Part shown: positions 48,440 through 62,212 of the stretch, piece after piece
Layout of the letters: the number at the start of each line of letters is the position of its first letter
Numbering within the stretch: position 1 is the stretch's first letter
Assembly (NCBI RefSeq): GCF_000143415.4
Contig: NW_003314261.1
Location: forward strand, 682,001 to 746,000
From: Selaginella moellendorffii
Lineage: Eukaryota; Plantae; Lycopodiophyta
Reading direction: 5' to 3'
DNA length: 64,000 bases
Notes under the pieces: model-generated
What the model saw: only the letters and a program-made list of their open reading frames with translations
The model's database searches: none
Told to the model about the DNA's origin: nothing
Position numbers and translations under genes: made by a program

Positions 48440-50960
48440 TAGTCTTTCCTTTCGGTTCCATAGCAAAACCTTTACTTTGCCAAGTCCAAAGGATGTTCAC
48501 CCCTAGTAAATCTTTTTTACATTTTCTATTCTGGGGTTATCCATGACTCAATTTTGTGACCCTTTAGAAACTACTTTCTTGAACTCACCATACTATCGTA
48601 TTGATATAATTCATTTCCCTTAGGTGTTCTTCCCACTTGGTTAAGTCACACCATTACTAATAATTTAAATTAACACTTTGAACTAAGACTTTTATTCCTT
48701 AACAAAATAAAGACTTTATCCTTTTTTAGCCACAAGACCACTTAATGATCTCTTAGTCCTTTAGACCTTTAATTTGTTGAATATGACTTCGAAGGCATCC
48801 CCCACACTTAGTAGTATGCCTATGCTAGCCCTTTTAGCCAATGGTCTATAACAACCAAAATTGAATGTCCTTATCTCATTCACCATATCCTTAGTGTTAG
48901 TTGCACCAAAGTGTTCAAATTAGATATACCGAGCTTTCACACTAAACAATCTAATCGTGCATCATGACTTTGGGGCTTTCCCCCATTTGGCAATGTGCCC
49001 ATGCCAATCTCCTTACTGAGAGTCCATGAGCACCAAAAAATAAGTATCCTCATATTCCAAATTATCATCATGCCCTAGTGAATTGGGACTTGATGCCAAA
49101 ACAATGGAAAAATCTCTAGGATATGGGTTGGGATTTGAATGCATATATAAACGGTATCACTCAAAATGTTTAGCATGACTCCCCATGCTAGTGCACCAAT
49201 TTATACCCAAAGTGCGTTACAGATCATAGCTTAGGAACCTAGTTCTTCCAAATTGCCAAATCCTTTCACTTGACAAGTCTATAATTATGCATAAATTCCT
49301 TCATGTTTGGCCCTATGGGCCACCTTTTTTGAAGTTAATACTTTCAACTATGATCTTTGTTCCCCCAACTTTCCAATTTCACTTAGCAAGTAATATAACT
49401 AGTATAACATGGTTTTATGCGTAAACATGAAAGTCCTTAACCATTAACTTTCATTCAAAGTCATATCTTTGAACACTCGGGAACTAATTCCTTAACCTTA
49501 ATAACCTTGCCTCATATCAAGCTTGAAGACCACACTTCTACTACACTACTCTAATTTCATGTGTTTCTATGAACCATTTATATTTGTCTTTTCAGATACT
49601 AACTTACCTAAAATTGTCTTTGGGAACCTTGAAAGTACTCTATCTCTTAGCTTTCTAAGGCTTCTCCTTTCACAAGCTTTCTAATTGCTATATGGTCTAA
49701 TATGGATAATTCCATACTTTAAACTCTCCATGGCATTACGATTGCTAATAACAACACCTTTGAGCACCCACTTGATTCTTCACTCTTAATTTAGATAACC
49801 ATCTTTGATTATACTTTTTGATTTCTATAGTTTTGTTTTATCCTTTTATTACTTGCTTTTTGGCCTATATTCCTTTTGGTTATCATTATTTGGGTCCATA
49901 CACTTGAATTGCATACCTTCTAGCTTAGGCTATAGTAATTTTATTTCCATTGGAATTCCTTTGGTAAGGGGTTCTCGTGAACTAACTAACTTAACTTCAA
50001 TGCCTCATCCTTTGAAACATTTAATGTCTTTACACTATCAGCCCTATGAACCTACCCTCACGACACTTCCCATTTATATCTAGATTTTGCCAAGACCATA
50101 ATAGTCATTTTTTTCATGTTAACTATTAGTTAGCATCACAACATAGTATTCATATGCAACCCTTCACCAAAGTTACTTTCTTTTGTGAACACCTTTTCCC
50201 ACAATTTTAGTATGACCCATTTGCTATTAATGAGAAACCCATTGTTCTCATACTTGGATCTCATGATCCGGCTAGTCCTTCATAGAGTACAACCCATTTT
50301 AGTCCAAAAGCTTTTACTAATCTTTTAAGACCATTCCTTGATTCCATTGAGTCATTCAGCTTTTGGACTTTGTTAATTTGATGATCTATAAGGCCCTAGC
50401 CTCATGGCTACTTTTGAGATATTAACTTGCTAAAATACAATTTCGTGTATTTATGTCCTACTCACAAGGACCATATTTGTAAGTGTTACTTTGACACTTG
50501 ATTATTCTTTATTTTATGTGGGCTATCTTTGACTATTTGTCGATATGATGAGAATAATAACTCATCCTCTAAGTACACTTCTAACTCATTGGGTTATTCT
50601 AGCATTTATTAAAAGTAGCCCCAGCTACCATTTCAAGGTCCTGTGTCATCATCTGTATTTGATATTTTATGGTCACTAACTCTAATCTCAAATTCTTAAG
50701 CACCATCTTCAACTATATGAGGATAATCTTATGACTCCTTTATCGTCCAAAAGTTTCCATCATTCCTATGATCTCAACTATAGTTATTTATTGCAACCAT
50801 ATTATCCGATCTACTAAGTCAAACACTTTTATAAATCACACCCTCAACTCTATAAGATAAACTTTATATTGTTTCCAAAGATCCCAGAGTCGTTCCATTA
50901 TTAGCCCTTTTTTATCCACTACATTGTCAACATGTTCACGTATGAACTAAAGTGGAGAGT
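48440..50960. mobile_element. Highly decayed repeat-like DNA, class not determined
   Basis: CpG-depleted, ORF-poor, pyrimidine-skewed tract between recognisable LTR elements; no diagnostic motif read. Confidence 0.35.
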
Positions 50961-53900
50961 CATACCTATAAGTGATTAATTTTTCCATTCTACTTTAGTC
51001 ACTTAACCACACTTCTAACCACTTGGAGGAGTCTCATTCACAACCTCCATAAGTCCAATTCATGACTTAGGACTTGCTAGCCCTGAGAATGGCATCCATG
51101 CCACTCAACTTTTGCACTTGGTCCAAGTGCTCCACATGTCCGGTGCCATGACTGACATCCCAAGGTACCACTGATATACCAACCCGTTACGCTAAGGCCA
51201 TGCCCATTCACCTTAGTCACACTGGTGGTTGAACACCACTTGCATCATAGTCTTGTCTCTCGAAGACTGGGCCATCCATCCATGAGTGACCATCCAAGAT
51301 CCACTCTTTAGCATCCTTAAGATGCTCATAGACATGGGAAAAACTTTCCCCAATATCCCTTTTATAATCTCCATTAAGTCCTTTTTTTGTCCATGGCTAT
51401 GTTTGCCAACACTACCACTGGGACAAGGCCCACAAGCCCGACCACTAAGTCCCATTGTCCTTTGGGACTTCCTCACTATATGACTATATCCTTGGTCACT
51501 ACAACAAAGAAGCACTTCTCTTCCTTTCCATAGTTTGGGATTCTAAGACAACATTTTGGAACACCGTGGCTCTATGCGAGCCTCATGGGTACTCTCCTCA
51601 CATTCCGCCTTTGGGTGCTCTACAAGGTTCCATTGAGCCACACCAAGTATCCAAGTAGGTAGTGCCACCCACGCTTGGACTGGGAGCATCGACCATTTGA
51701 TCTCCCAGGGGAACTAGAGCTGGCTCTTGAACACTTCACTAAGCTACCTTGCTTGTCGGTCTATATTCACTTTAGCCTTGGACTTCCCAATAGTTATCCC
51801 ATCACCCAACACCTAAGTACAACCTTCTTGGGCCAAACTGGCCTTTCCTGGCCAAACTGGCTCCACTGGAGTCCTTCCCCTACTATACTTTTGGAGCTCA
51901 TCAAACCCCTCAGGATTTGGGAGATGAACGCTTTGGGCTTTCACCCTCAGACTCAGACTCAGACTCAAACTCAGACTCGGGCTCGAACTCTGTCTTTATC
52001 TCAGTCTCAGTCTCGGCCTCGGCCTTGGTCTCGGTCTTGGTCCCGGTCTTGGTCTTGGTCTCGGTCTCGATCCTGGTCTCGGTCTCAACCTTGGAATCCA
52101 TCTCAGGTCCTTCTCGGAATCCATCTCAGGTCCTTCTCAGACTCCTTCTTAGATTCCATCTCGGACTCCATCTCGGGTTCATCTTGGACTCCATCTCAGA
52201 CTCCATCTTAGTCCATCTCGGACTCCATCTCGGGTCCATCTCAGACTCCATCTTAGTCCATCTTGGACTCCATCTCGGACTCCATCTTGGGTCCATCTCA
52301 GACTCCATCTCGGTCTCTTCCACATGTCATGTGTTGGTCCTTTTATATCCCCCCTTTTTTTTAGAGACTCACTTATTACTTGCTTCATGCTCGTTTCTTG
52401 AACACTTCATTAGGAGTTCCACTCCCACTCTTGACTTTTCGTGTTGGAGCTATTAGTCCAAACGTGTTACGCTCGATTTGGCTTTTGCTTCGGCCACTAC
52501 CACGTGGTACCCTTTTGGCTCCATTTTGGGGTTTAGGGATTTGTGTCTCACAATACACTCTTGACATGTTACTCCTTGAGGAAGACCCACTCCTAGGACC
52601 TTTTGATGCCAATATCAAATAATGATATAGTTGACCACTAATAAGAGATGAACTAAGGAACAACTTTGATACCAAGTTATAAGTAACTAGATTTTTCCAT
52701 TCTACTTTAGCCACTTAACCACACCTTTGACCACTTAAAGGAGTCTCACTCATGAACTCCATAAGTGTCATTCCTAACTTGGGGACATGCTAGCCCCATG
52801 AATAACATTTATACCATACAGCCTTTGCACTTGGTCCAAGTGCTTCACATGTCTAATCCCATGATTGACACCCAAAGGTACCATTGACATATCAGTTTGT
52901 TATGCTCAGGCCATACCTATTCACTCTTATCACATTGGTAGTCCAAGACCACCTACATCATAGTCCCATCTCTCAAAGACTAAGCCATCCATTCATGACT
53001 GGTTATCCCTTGACCACACCCTTAGGATGCCTGGAGACATGGGGAACACCCTTCCCAAATATCCCTTCTTTAGTCCCTATCAAATCCCTCTTCATCCACG
53101 GCTATACTTGCCAACACTGCCACTAGGTCAAGGCCTAAAGGCCTAACCATTAAGTCCCATTGACTTCTAAGATTTCTTCACCATGTGACCATATCATTGG
53201 CCACTACACCAGAGGACTACTCCTCTTCCTTTTTATCATCTAGAACTTTGGGATGACATTTAAAAACACTATGGCCCTATGCAAGCCTTATAGGTACTCT
53301 CCCCACCTTACGCTTTTAGCTTCTCTAACCATGTGGCTAGAGTGAGGTTTTAATGGGCTACACCATATATCCAAGTAGGTAGTGCCACTCATACTTGGAT
53401 TGGGAGCATCAACTATTCAATCTCCCAAGGGAGTTAGAGTTAACTCTTAAACACTTCACCAAGCTACTCTACTTGTGTATGCATATTCACTTTAGCCTTG
53501 GACTCCTCAGTAGTTATATCATCATCTAACATGTAGATATAACCTTCCTTAGTCACATTGACCTTTCCTGGCCAAACTAGAGTCCTCCTCTTACTATACT
53601 TTTGGAGCTCATCAAAACCCCTAGAGTCTAAGAGACAAGTACTTTGGGCTTTCACCCTTGGACTTGGACTTAAACTGGGACTCGAACTCAAACTCGATCT
53701 CGGTCTTAGTCTCAGTCTAGGCCTTGGTCTCAGTCTTAGTCTTAATTTCTTTCTCAGCCTCAACCTTGGACTCCATCTCAAGTCCATCTCAGACTTGACC
53801 TTGGACTCCATGTCAGATCCATCTCGGACTCCATCTCAAGCTCTATCTCAGACCCCATCTCGGGTCCTGAAGTACAACAAATTAACCATGCATTTGAGCA

Positions 53901-54316
53901 TTATTCTGATAATCAGGATTACAACATTGACACTCAAGGTTACAATCTTGATAGTTAGGACTCAAGAAGAAGTGGCAGTTGCCACCATGTAGGAGTAGTT
54001 AAGAAGGAGAGTTAGCACTTGACCCCCATCTTTATCTTTATTGTATTTATCCTATCATAGATGCACATCCATTTGCTCAAGACTTAGAGTATTCTAGTGA
54101 TGCCAAGGTTATCTTTACTCATGACCACTCGAATGAGCCTTCTTGGGGATTGAAGGTCTAAAGTTAGTTTCTAATTTACTCATGTGTTTAGTAGCTTGTT
54201 CTAGGGTGAGAAATATAGTATCAACACAAGAACAATGACATCAAAAGCCCTTTGATTTACTACAACCATAGCAACGAACTGTCATAGCAAGTTCTCCACT
54301 AAATTCTCTCTTGCGC

Positions 54317-56165
54317 TGTAAGACATAAAATCCCTAGACCCCAAAGAGGAGCTGAAAGGGTGCCACGTGGTAGTGGCTGAGGTGGAAGCCAAACAAGTGT
54401 AACACATATGGACTAAAAGCTCCGACTTGAAAAGTCAAGAGCAAGAATAGAACTCCTAATGAAGTGCTCGAGGAATAAGCATAAAGCAAGCAATAAGCGT
54501 CTCTAAAAAAGCAACACAAAAGGACCAACACATGACACATGGAAAGACTTGAGATGGAGTCCGAGATGAAGTCCAAGATAGACCTAAGATGGAGTCTAAG
54601 ATGGAGTTTAAGATAGACCCCGAAATAGAGTCCGAAATAGAACCAAGATCAAGACTGAATCTCAGTTGGGGGGGGGGGGGGTTGCAGGGGATTCCAAAAG
54701 TATAGTAGGGAGAGTGTGGGGGTTGGACCCTAGTGGAGCCAATTTGGCCTAGAAAGGCTGTATCCAGGTGTTCGGGGATGAGGTATCCACTAGGAAGTTC
54801 AAGGGTAGAGTTAATATGGACTGACAAGCAGGGTAACTTGGAAAGTGTTAGTTTGGCCTAGGAAGTGCTATACCAAGTGTTCGGTGATGAAATAACCACT
54901 GGGAAGTCTAAGGTTAGAGTTAATACGAACTAACAAGTAGGGTAGCTTGGTGAAGTGTTAAAGAGCCAGCTCTAATTTGTAAACTCTTAAATTTGGACTT
55001 TCCAGGAAGTCACCCAACCCAGTACTATTCAAACCCAAGGACGCTTAACCCCAAATATCCCAAAACCCTTAACCAATTAGAAAAGGGGGTGCACTCTTGT
55101 TCATAGGCCCTTTCCTTCTATATTTGAACCCTAACAGATCGTCTTTTGAATCATTCCCTTTGGTTGCTTACTTAATTCCCCTAGAAGATTGAATGGTCGA
55201 TACTCCCAGTTTAAGCGTGGGTGGCACTATGGCTCAATGGAACCTCACTCTAGCCCCATGGCTAGAGCACCCAAAGGCAAAAGGTGGGGAAAGTACCTAT
55301 GAGGCCTGTATAGGGCCATGGTGTTCCGAAATGTTGTTCTAGAGTCCCGAATGGTGGAAAGGAAGAGGAGCAATCCTTTGGTGTAGTGATTAAGGATGCA
55401 ATCACATGGTGAGGAAGTCCCAAAGAACAAGGGGACTTAGTGGTCGGGCCTGTGGGCCTTGATCCAGTGGCACTATGGCTCAATGGAACCTCACTCTAGC
55501 CCCATGGCTACAGCACCCAAACGCAAAAGGTGGGGAAAGTACCTATGAGGTCTGCATAGGGCCATAGTGTTCCGAAATGTTGTCCTAGAGTCCTGGATGG
55601 TGGAAAGGAAGAGGAGCAATCCTTTGGTGTAGTGGTTAAGGATGCAATCACATGGTGAGGAAGTCCCAAAGAACAAGGGGATTTAGTGGTCGGGCTTGTG
55701 GACCTTGATCTAGTGGCAGTGTTGGCGAATACAGCCATGGACAAAAGAGGGACTTGGTGGGGACAGAAAAAGGGATATTGGGGAAGGTTATTCCCCATGT
55801 CGGCAGCCATCCTAAGGATGCTAAAGAGTGGATCTTGGATGGTCATTTATGGATGGATGGCCCAATCTTCGAGAGATAGGATTGTGATGCAAGTGGTGTT
55901 GGACCACCAGTGTGACCAAGTTGAATGGGCATGGCCTTAGCGTAACGGGCTGATATATTAGTGGTACTTTGGGATGTCGGTCATGGCACCGGACACGTGG
56001 AGCACTTGGACCAAGTGCAAAGGTTGAGTGGCATGGATGCCATTCTTGGGGCTAGCAAGTCCTAAGTCATGAATTGGACTTATGGAGGTTGTAAATGAGA
56101 CTCTTCCAAGTGGTCAGAGGTGTGGTTAAGTGACTAAAGTAGAATGGAAAAATCAATCACTTACA
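54317..56165 (+). mobile_element. Solo LTR of family B in opposite orientation
   Basis: TGTAAG...CTTACA termini; reverse complement of 50967-52552; flanks TGCGC/CACGC; internal tandem duplications of 246 bp (units at 55221 and 55467) and about 108 bp (about 54743-54960). Confidence 0.85.
54978..55172 (-). mobile_element. Solo LTR of the Cassandra-type TRIM
   Basis: 195-bp reverse complement of the 3576-3769 LTR including the 5S boxes; perfect TSD TAATT at 54973-54977 and 55173-55177. Confidence 0.9.
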
Positions 56166-56737
56166 CACGCCTGCAACAAAACCATAGCATAACTTCACCA
56201 GAAATTCACCCAATTTTTAAATCCATGTCAGACTCCATCTCGGGTCCATCTTGGACTCCATTTTGGACTCTTTCTCAAACTCCATCTTGGGTCCATCTCA
56301 GACTCCATCTCGAGTCCATCTTGGACTCCATCTCAAGTTCATTTTGGACTCCATCTCGGACTCCTTCTCGAACTCCATTTTGGACTCATTTCTAATACTT
56401 CCATGTGTCATGACACTTGCCATATCTCAATCCTTCTTATGTCCCTTTTTAAAGACTCATTCACTGATTGTTTTGTGCTCATTCCTCGAGCACTTTGTTT
56501 AGAGTTTCACTCCCAAATTTGACTTTCCAAGTTGAAGCCTTTAGTCCAAATATGTTATGTTTATTGAACTTCTACTTCGACCACTACCATATAACACCCT
56601 TTCTACCCCACTTTAGAACTTATGGATTTGTGTTTCACAACCATATGAGCATAGTTACCTTTGAGATGGACGTAACAATATCATCAAACCCTTCCACTAG
56701 TGTTTTAAGATCTTAGTTCATAAGTAGTATGGTACAG

Positions 56738-57878
56738 TGCCGTGAATGTGACTATGGGTATTGAAAGTTATCTATCAGTGAATTCTTTCAAATATTCTTT
56801 CTTTACCACTACAATAGCAAGAGATTGGTATTGTTGGTTCCCCTTTCAGTCCCTTTTGTTCAAGTGTTAATAAATTGGGCTTAACATCTATATTTAGTCA
56901 AATGAACATAAGGTAAGAACTCTTATGTGTTTTTTGCTGAGCATACTCAACTTGACTTTTAATTCTCTTTTTCTCTGTCTTGCACTAGCTTGATGAGAAC
57001 CATCGCATATTGAGACTAATCCCTCAATATCGCTACATGATAACTTATCATATTTACTAAACACCCTCACTATCATACCCCACATATTGGTCTATCTATG
57101 CTATTGGCTATTTATAGAAAGTGTCTAAATTTGCTAGTCAAACATATCTATAGAATGTAGAGATTGTCGTGAACACAATGGTGTTGTTTTTGTGTTTAAA
57201 TTCACAATCTAGTGCCATTCCATATTTAGTAAATTTTCGTGATTATCCCAAACACTAACTCCTAGGACTGAGGTGAAAGCTCAAAGCATATATTCCTTAA
57301 GAGCAAAGGACTATAGAAGCTTCTAAATGTGTAATAGAGATATTGGGTAAGTTGGGCATGACTGACCAACCTAAGGTATAGTTTAGCTCTTGCTAATGTG
57401 CTTATCCTTGTTCTGTATTTGCTTAGGTCTAAGCCCAAGTTCCATACCATACTAACTAATGGAGTACCCATATCTTTGCATTAAGCCACCGGTATGTTAA
57501 AATAACATTAAATTTTGTTTGGCTTCATTTTGCATGTTGGTCTTAGCATTGGGATGCTATAAGTTCTAGGAATGTTCCAACGTCACTCCATACTTTTGTC
57601 CTTCACTCCTTGGGCTATACACTCAGGAGTTGCTCCATGCTTTTACTCCTTCACTCTTTGAGCTAAACACTTATAAGTCATTCCGTGTTTTAATTCTTTC
57701 ACTCCTTGGTTGCATATTTAGGAGTTTAACTCTGTCCCTATGTTTAGTGGCCCAAGGGCTTGAAACTCAAGTTTCATTCTATTGCCCTTGGATACGTGGC
57801 CAAGGGTTTAAATTCCACTCTGTGATTATCTTATGGTAAATTACCAGAGGATAAAAAGTGAAAACCACATACACTACA
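56738..57878 (+). mobile_element. Probable solo LTR of family A
   Basis: Reverse-complement similarity to 41712-42833 along its length; TG...CA termini; TSD poor (TACAG/TAAGG). Confidence 0.75.
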
Positions 57879-59779
57879 TAAGGCCTCAGATCTATATATA
57901 AACTACCCAATGCATAGAATAGTCAATTAACAATTTTTCTTCTTGCTAAATGAATAGTGTGTCTTGTTTGTTTAGTGATAAAAGACAAAAGCTACATTAC
58001 GATTGTAATATATGTGAGTTAGTGAGTTAATATAGCAAGTTGCTCCTTGATTCTTCAACCTAATAAAATTAATTTTCTTTTTCAAATTGTAAGCCCAATA
58101 ATCCATCGTCTACCTCTATATCCTTTATAAGTTCATGAAGTGATATGTAAGTCTAGGTATTTGGATAAAACACAGAACATTAAATCTTGACTACTCTTTA
58201 GTGACAGTAGCTTTGCATATATAAAGCTTTTGCTCAATTTGGTTAATGACAAATTGTGATTAGTCCATAAGGCAAAGTTGTGGAATTCGTATTGTTGAGG
58301 TAAATGGAAAGATCTTTACATTGTTTTCATGGTGCAAGCCACAAAATACTCATTCATCACACAAAGAAAAAGAAAGGAATAAAGTTTGTCATATATGTAT
58401 CAAATGATTTTGTTAAAGCAATGGTTCATCATGGTAATTCTCTAAAAATTTAGATGTGGTCTTCTATTCTACAGTTGCAAAATCTACCTAAGTAATAGAG
58501 GAAGTTTTAATACTTCTATAAAATATTTCCAGACTTGAAAAAAGAGCACCACCACAATGCAATATGCTTTACCATCAAAGTCATAATCCTAGTTGTGCAA
58601 TTTGGCTAGCTCTCCCTCCAATCCTCCAAATAAAAGTCACATAGCCATGCTAGTTAATATAGTGGGATCTACAATGTATTATAAGAGTTCCCAATAAAGG
58701 ATGTTTAAGCATATGAACTAGAGCCAATGGAATCATGACTATGGCTTCTAACTTTCTTTTTGAAAGCATTCTGAACATCTTATAACTAACATAATCTTGC
58801 CTAAATCATTCCATATCACCCAAGCTCCCAATCAACTGATAGCCAAAGAAATATGTGATGCTACAACACCAACCACCATGACTCATTGATAGTGATCTTG
58901 AAATTTATTATGTTGTCACTGATGTCTAAAAACCCAAATGAGAGAGCTAGAGTCCAAACTAACTAGGAGGAGTTGGACTTGACTTTGCATGACCCAAAGT
59001 CCATTGTGCTCTAGAGCTGTGAAAGATCTAGTCAATTTGCTTCACATCTCTTGATTCTGTGCCTAGGATTATTGGTGATGGAAGTCGGAAGAGAAGATAT
59101 TGTTAGCATACCATCTGTAAATGAAATATAGCTGTCTTTGTTTTCAGCTCTAAAGGAAAATGAATACAAACAACTCAAGAGAAGTAGAATAAAAAAGAAG
59201 GAAAAGTACATTTTAAAGGAGTAAGGCCTCTTTCCATCAATTCGAGAATGTGTATAGATCAAGCTTGTTGCCATAGATGATGCCCAGAACATGGCCCACT
59301 ATAGATTAAACTTCTGAGAAACAGTCTACAAAAGAAATCTATCTGTAGACGAAATTATATATCATAATTATAAATTATTATTATTATTATTATTATTTTA
59401 AATTATATACTATAATAAAACATATCTAAGCAAAGTGTTGCAATGAACAAAAATTCCAAAAGTTTCAATCACACTAAAAATGAAAGTTTGAAAATGGAAT
59501 ATTTATTAATTCTATTTTATAAAAATCCATATGAACTCAATCAACTCAAACAACTTATGAGCTCATCCTCTAGATCTTCTTGTAGTACTGGGAGTGTGGT
59601 GCTCTATATAACCATGGTAGCAACCTTTTCTAAAAAGGACATCCACTACACTTGACATATCTCTGCATTTTCTATACATATTTATGACAGTTACTCCAAC
59701 AGTACACCGGTCATTCCTAGACTGGCTAGGTCCATGACAATGGTTATATATACTTTGTTCTCATGAGAGGGGACCCTAC

Positions 59780-59945
59780 TCTCACTACCACCATAGATCA
59801 CTATATTTACATGATTGATCTGCTAGCAAGATCTGGGCAAGTTGATAAGGGCTTAGGTTTGTTGACAACTGTGTCATTTGAGTTTAATAGAGTCTTATGA
59901 GTGACTATTAAGCAATTGTAAAACTTATGGCAATTTTGATGTGGT
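59780..59945 (+). pseudogene. PPR S2/E-domain fragment
   Basis: TIDHYIYMIDLLARSGQVDKGLGLLTTVSFEFNRVL* then, after a frameshift, LLSNCKTYGNFDV. Confidence 0.7.
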
Positions 59946-59993
59946 GCAACTCAAGTGCATGCTTAAATGTAATCATCCAGAAGTGCTTATAGT

Positions 59994-60142
59994 TGTAAGC
60001 AACTAAAGAGAATGATTTGAAAAATAATCTATTAGAGTCAAATATAAGGAAAAAGATACATGAACAAAAGTGCACCCTCTTTCAATTAAGGGTCTTGGGA
60101 TATTTAGGAACCTCTCAAGAAGTCTAAATTCAGAAGTTTATA
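59994..60142 (+). mobile_element. Degenerate Cassandra-type solo LTR with most of the 5S core deleted
   Basis: TGTAAGCAACTAAAGAGAA...CATGAACAAAAGTGCACCC...TTAAGGGTCTTGGGATA...; near-TSD ATAGT/ATAAT. Confidence 0.75.
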
Positions 60143-60989
60143 ATAATTTTTTATAAATTCATTACCATTCCTTAGTTAGAAAATAATACCAAACAATAGT
60201 TTTACTTCAATAGTTTAACAAATGTTGGAATGAGGTTCAAGTCAAGTTGCTACTACAACCAATCTCTCACCAAATGTAAAACAAAACTTTTCCAGTGAAA
60301 AGAAAGCAATCCTCCACTACCTGTAACAGCTTATGCATCTGGAAGACCATCAAGTAAGTTTACCCTCTCAATTCAATAATAGTATCTCACATTTTTTAAA
60401 GGCAATAGAGTGCAAAGAATCCTAATACTACCCAGCATTTCCAGCATTTGGGTGGGCCATTCTCATCTATTCCAAATGTTCTGATTATTCTAGAAATAGA
60501 GGAAAATCTTCATGAAAACCTTAAGAATTTCCAGCTAGTAAAAAATAAAAGCTTATAAATATGAAAAAATAAGGGAACAAAAGCCATAATAATCAAACTC
60601 TTCTTGATGCCTATAAGTAGTATAACAACTTCACCTAAGTCTTATAATATGGCATCTATCCAAAGTTAAACATTCAGATGTTAACCTTTGTATATGCATA
60701 CAAGATGGATGTATAGTGAGGCCACTACCCAGACATAGTGACTAGAGCTGGGACTTGGAAAGGCAAGAGATTGTAGCATTACCTCTATAGCTCTCACACA
60801 AGTGTCTCTAGTTTGCTAAGAAGTGCGAATGATTGATCTCTAGAGAGAGTGATTGAATTTTTACTTCATTACAATAGCTTAGATGCTCACTCAAGAGTGC
60901 TATCACCTAGAATATTCTAATCTCTAAATGGAAATGTCCACTATCGCTTGCACAAACTTGTCGACATCAGCCAGCATGTAAGTTATCAC

Positions 60990-61830
60990 GTTCATGTTCA
61001 TGCGAGCAGAACGGACTCCCGCGTTCGTCACAGAGGGGTCGAGCAAGACCTCTCGTCTCTGGAAATTACTTTGGAGACCACTACAGTGGTATAGCTTTCA
61101 GCCAATACACTCCAGAAGTGAAATTCTACAGGAAAATTATCAACAAATTCGCTGGCTGGACGTCCAAGGTTTGGAGAAGCAATAAGATCATGGACAGGGT
61201 AAACAGGCACCTCTTTTCAATCTTGCAAGATCGGCGTGAGAACCTCCGGTTTTCACCAGCGAGGAGCCCATGGCATTCATAGACGTGCTCATTTCCAGAG
61301 AAAATCTCTGAGACATCATCATAGTCTCTTGCTCGTTAAGTTTTAGCTCAACATGGAAAAATGGAATCTCACAGGATCTGTTGCTGGGAGCTCTAGCTAC
61401 CTCGGCTCTCTCGCTGGAATGGGCTATGGCCGATCTTCTCAGGAATCACCGAGTTCTCGGCTCAGAGCCAGATCGATGCAAAGAAAAGCTTGTGGACGAG
61501 TCGGACATTGCAAAGCTTCCATACATCGAGGCCATAGCCAAGGAAACACTGAGACTCCTGGCTCAGCTAGCTCTTCCCAATATCGTCCAAGGAGGCCCGA
61601 TTAAACTCAGGGGCTATACCATCCCGGACGATACCACGATCTACATCAACACCTACTGGATCGCCATGGACGAGAGGTTTTGGAAAGACCCTCTAGAGTT
61701 TCGCCCGCAGTGTTTCATGCCAGACATCGATGCCTTTGGCCATGGCAGGAGAATTTGCCCTGGTGCCAAGCTCGGCGACTGGAAGCTGGATGGTGATCTG
61801 GGGAAGATGAATATGGATAAAACCTGGTTT
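60990..61830 (+). pseudogene. Cytochrome P450 (CYP71-clan-like) pseudogene
   Basis: I-helix TSALSLEWAMADLLRN, ExxR KETLR, WKDPLEFRPQCF and heme motif FGHGRRICPG. The N-terminal half is fragmented and there are deletions around the heme motif. Confidence 0.85.
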
Positions 61831-61975
61831 GTCTGTCAATGCTTTCACTGTTGTAGTTTCTTTGAAAGAAAGATGATCCCACATAAAATATAAGCTGATT
61901 TCGTGTACGATTTTAGTCCAACCACAAAAGGTAGCTATATTTTATTCACCAAAGCTGTGCGAGTTAGGGTTTGCG

Positions 61976-62212
61976 ATGGAGTGGATGAGCCCAAGACTTA
62001 GGGAGGTGCTCAAATTAGCAGAGGAGCGAACTCGTGAGGCACTGAAGAGCTACGAGGAGGCCAAGGCTGCCCGGCCAAGGAAAGAATCGGCCGACAAGAA
62101 GAAAGGATGGGAGGCGCCCAACCCGGAGACCGAGGTATCAAAAAAAGCTCCGCAAGAACTCCTTCCCAGGTATGACAAGCCGGACAGACGTCTCTGTGTC
62201 AAGGAGCGTTGA
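61976..62212 (+). CDS. Short charged ORF or first exon of an unknown gene
   Basis: ATG directly after a telo-box (TTAGGGTTT); coding-like composition; possible donor CAG|GTATGA near 62170. No family recognised. Confidence 0.3.
   Translation: MEWMSPRLREVLKLAEERTREALKSYEEAKAARPRKESADKKKGWEAPNPETEVSKKAPQELLPRYDKPDRRLCVKER

Larger units (their letters stand above)
53868..56219. mobile_element. Probable solo LTR (family C, about 500 bp net) inserted in the family B LTR
   Basis: Begins TGAAG and ends TTTTA (decayed CTTCA); flanks GGTCC/AATCC fit a 5-bp TSD after G>A decay; the host LTR sequence resumes afterwards. Confidence 0.55.
50967..56639 (-). mobile_element. LTR element, family B: two LTRs of about 1.6 kb around a 125-bp interior; right LTR interrupted by nested insertions
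   Basis: LTR 50967-52552 is colinear with 52678-53867 plus 56220-56639. A reverse PBS (CTTTGATACCA, i.e. TGGTATCAAAG) lies at 52664-52674. LTRs contain 6-bp and 12-bp (CTCCATCTCGGA) tandem arrays. No outer TSD seen. Confidence 0.75.

Noticed and set aside
51675-52456. SR-rich or SD-repeat protein ORFs
   Set aside because: Translations of 6-bp and 12-bp tandem arrays inside an LTR, open in several frames on both strands.
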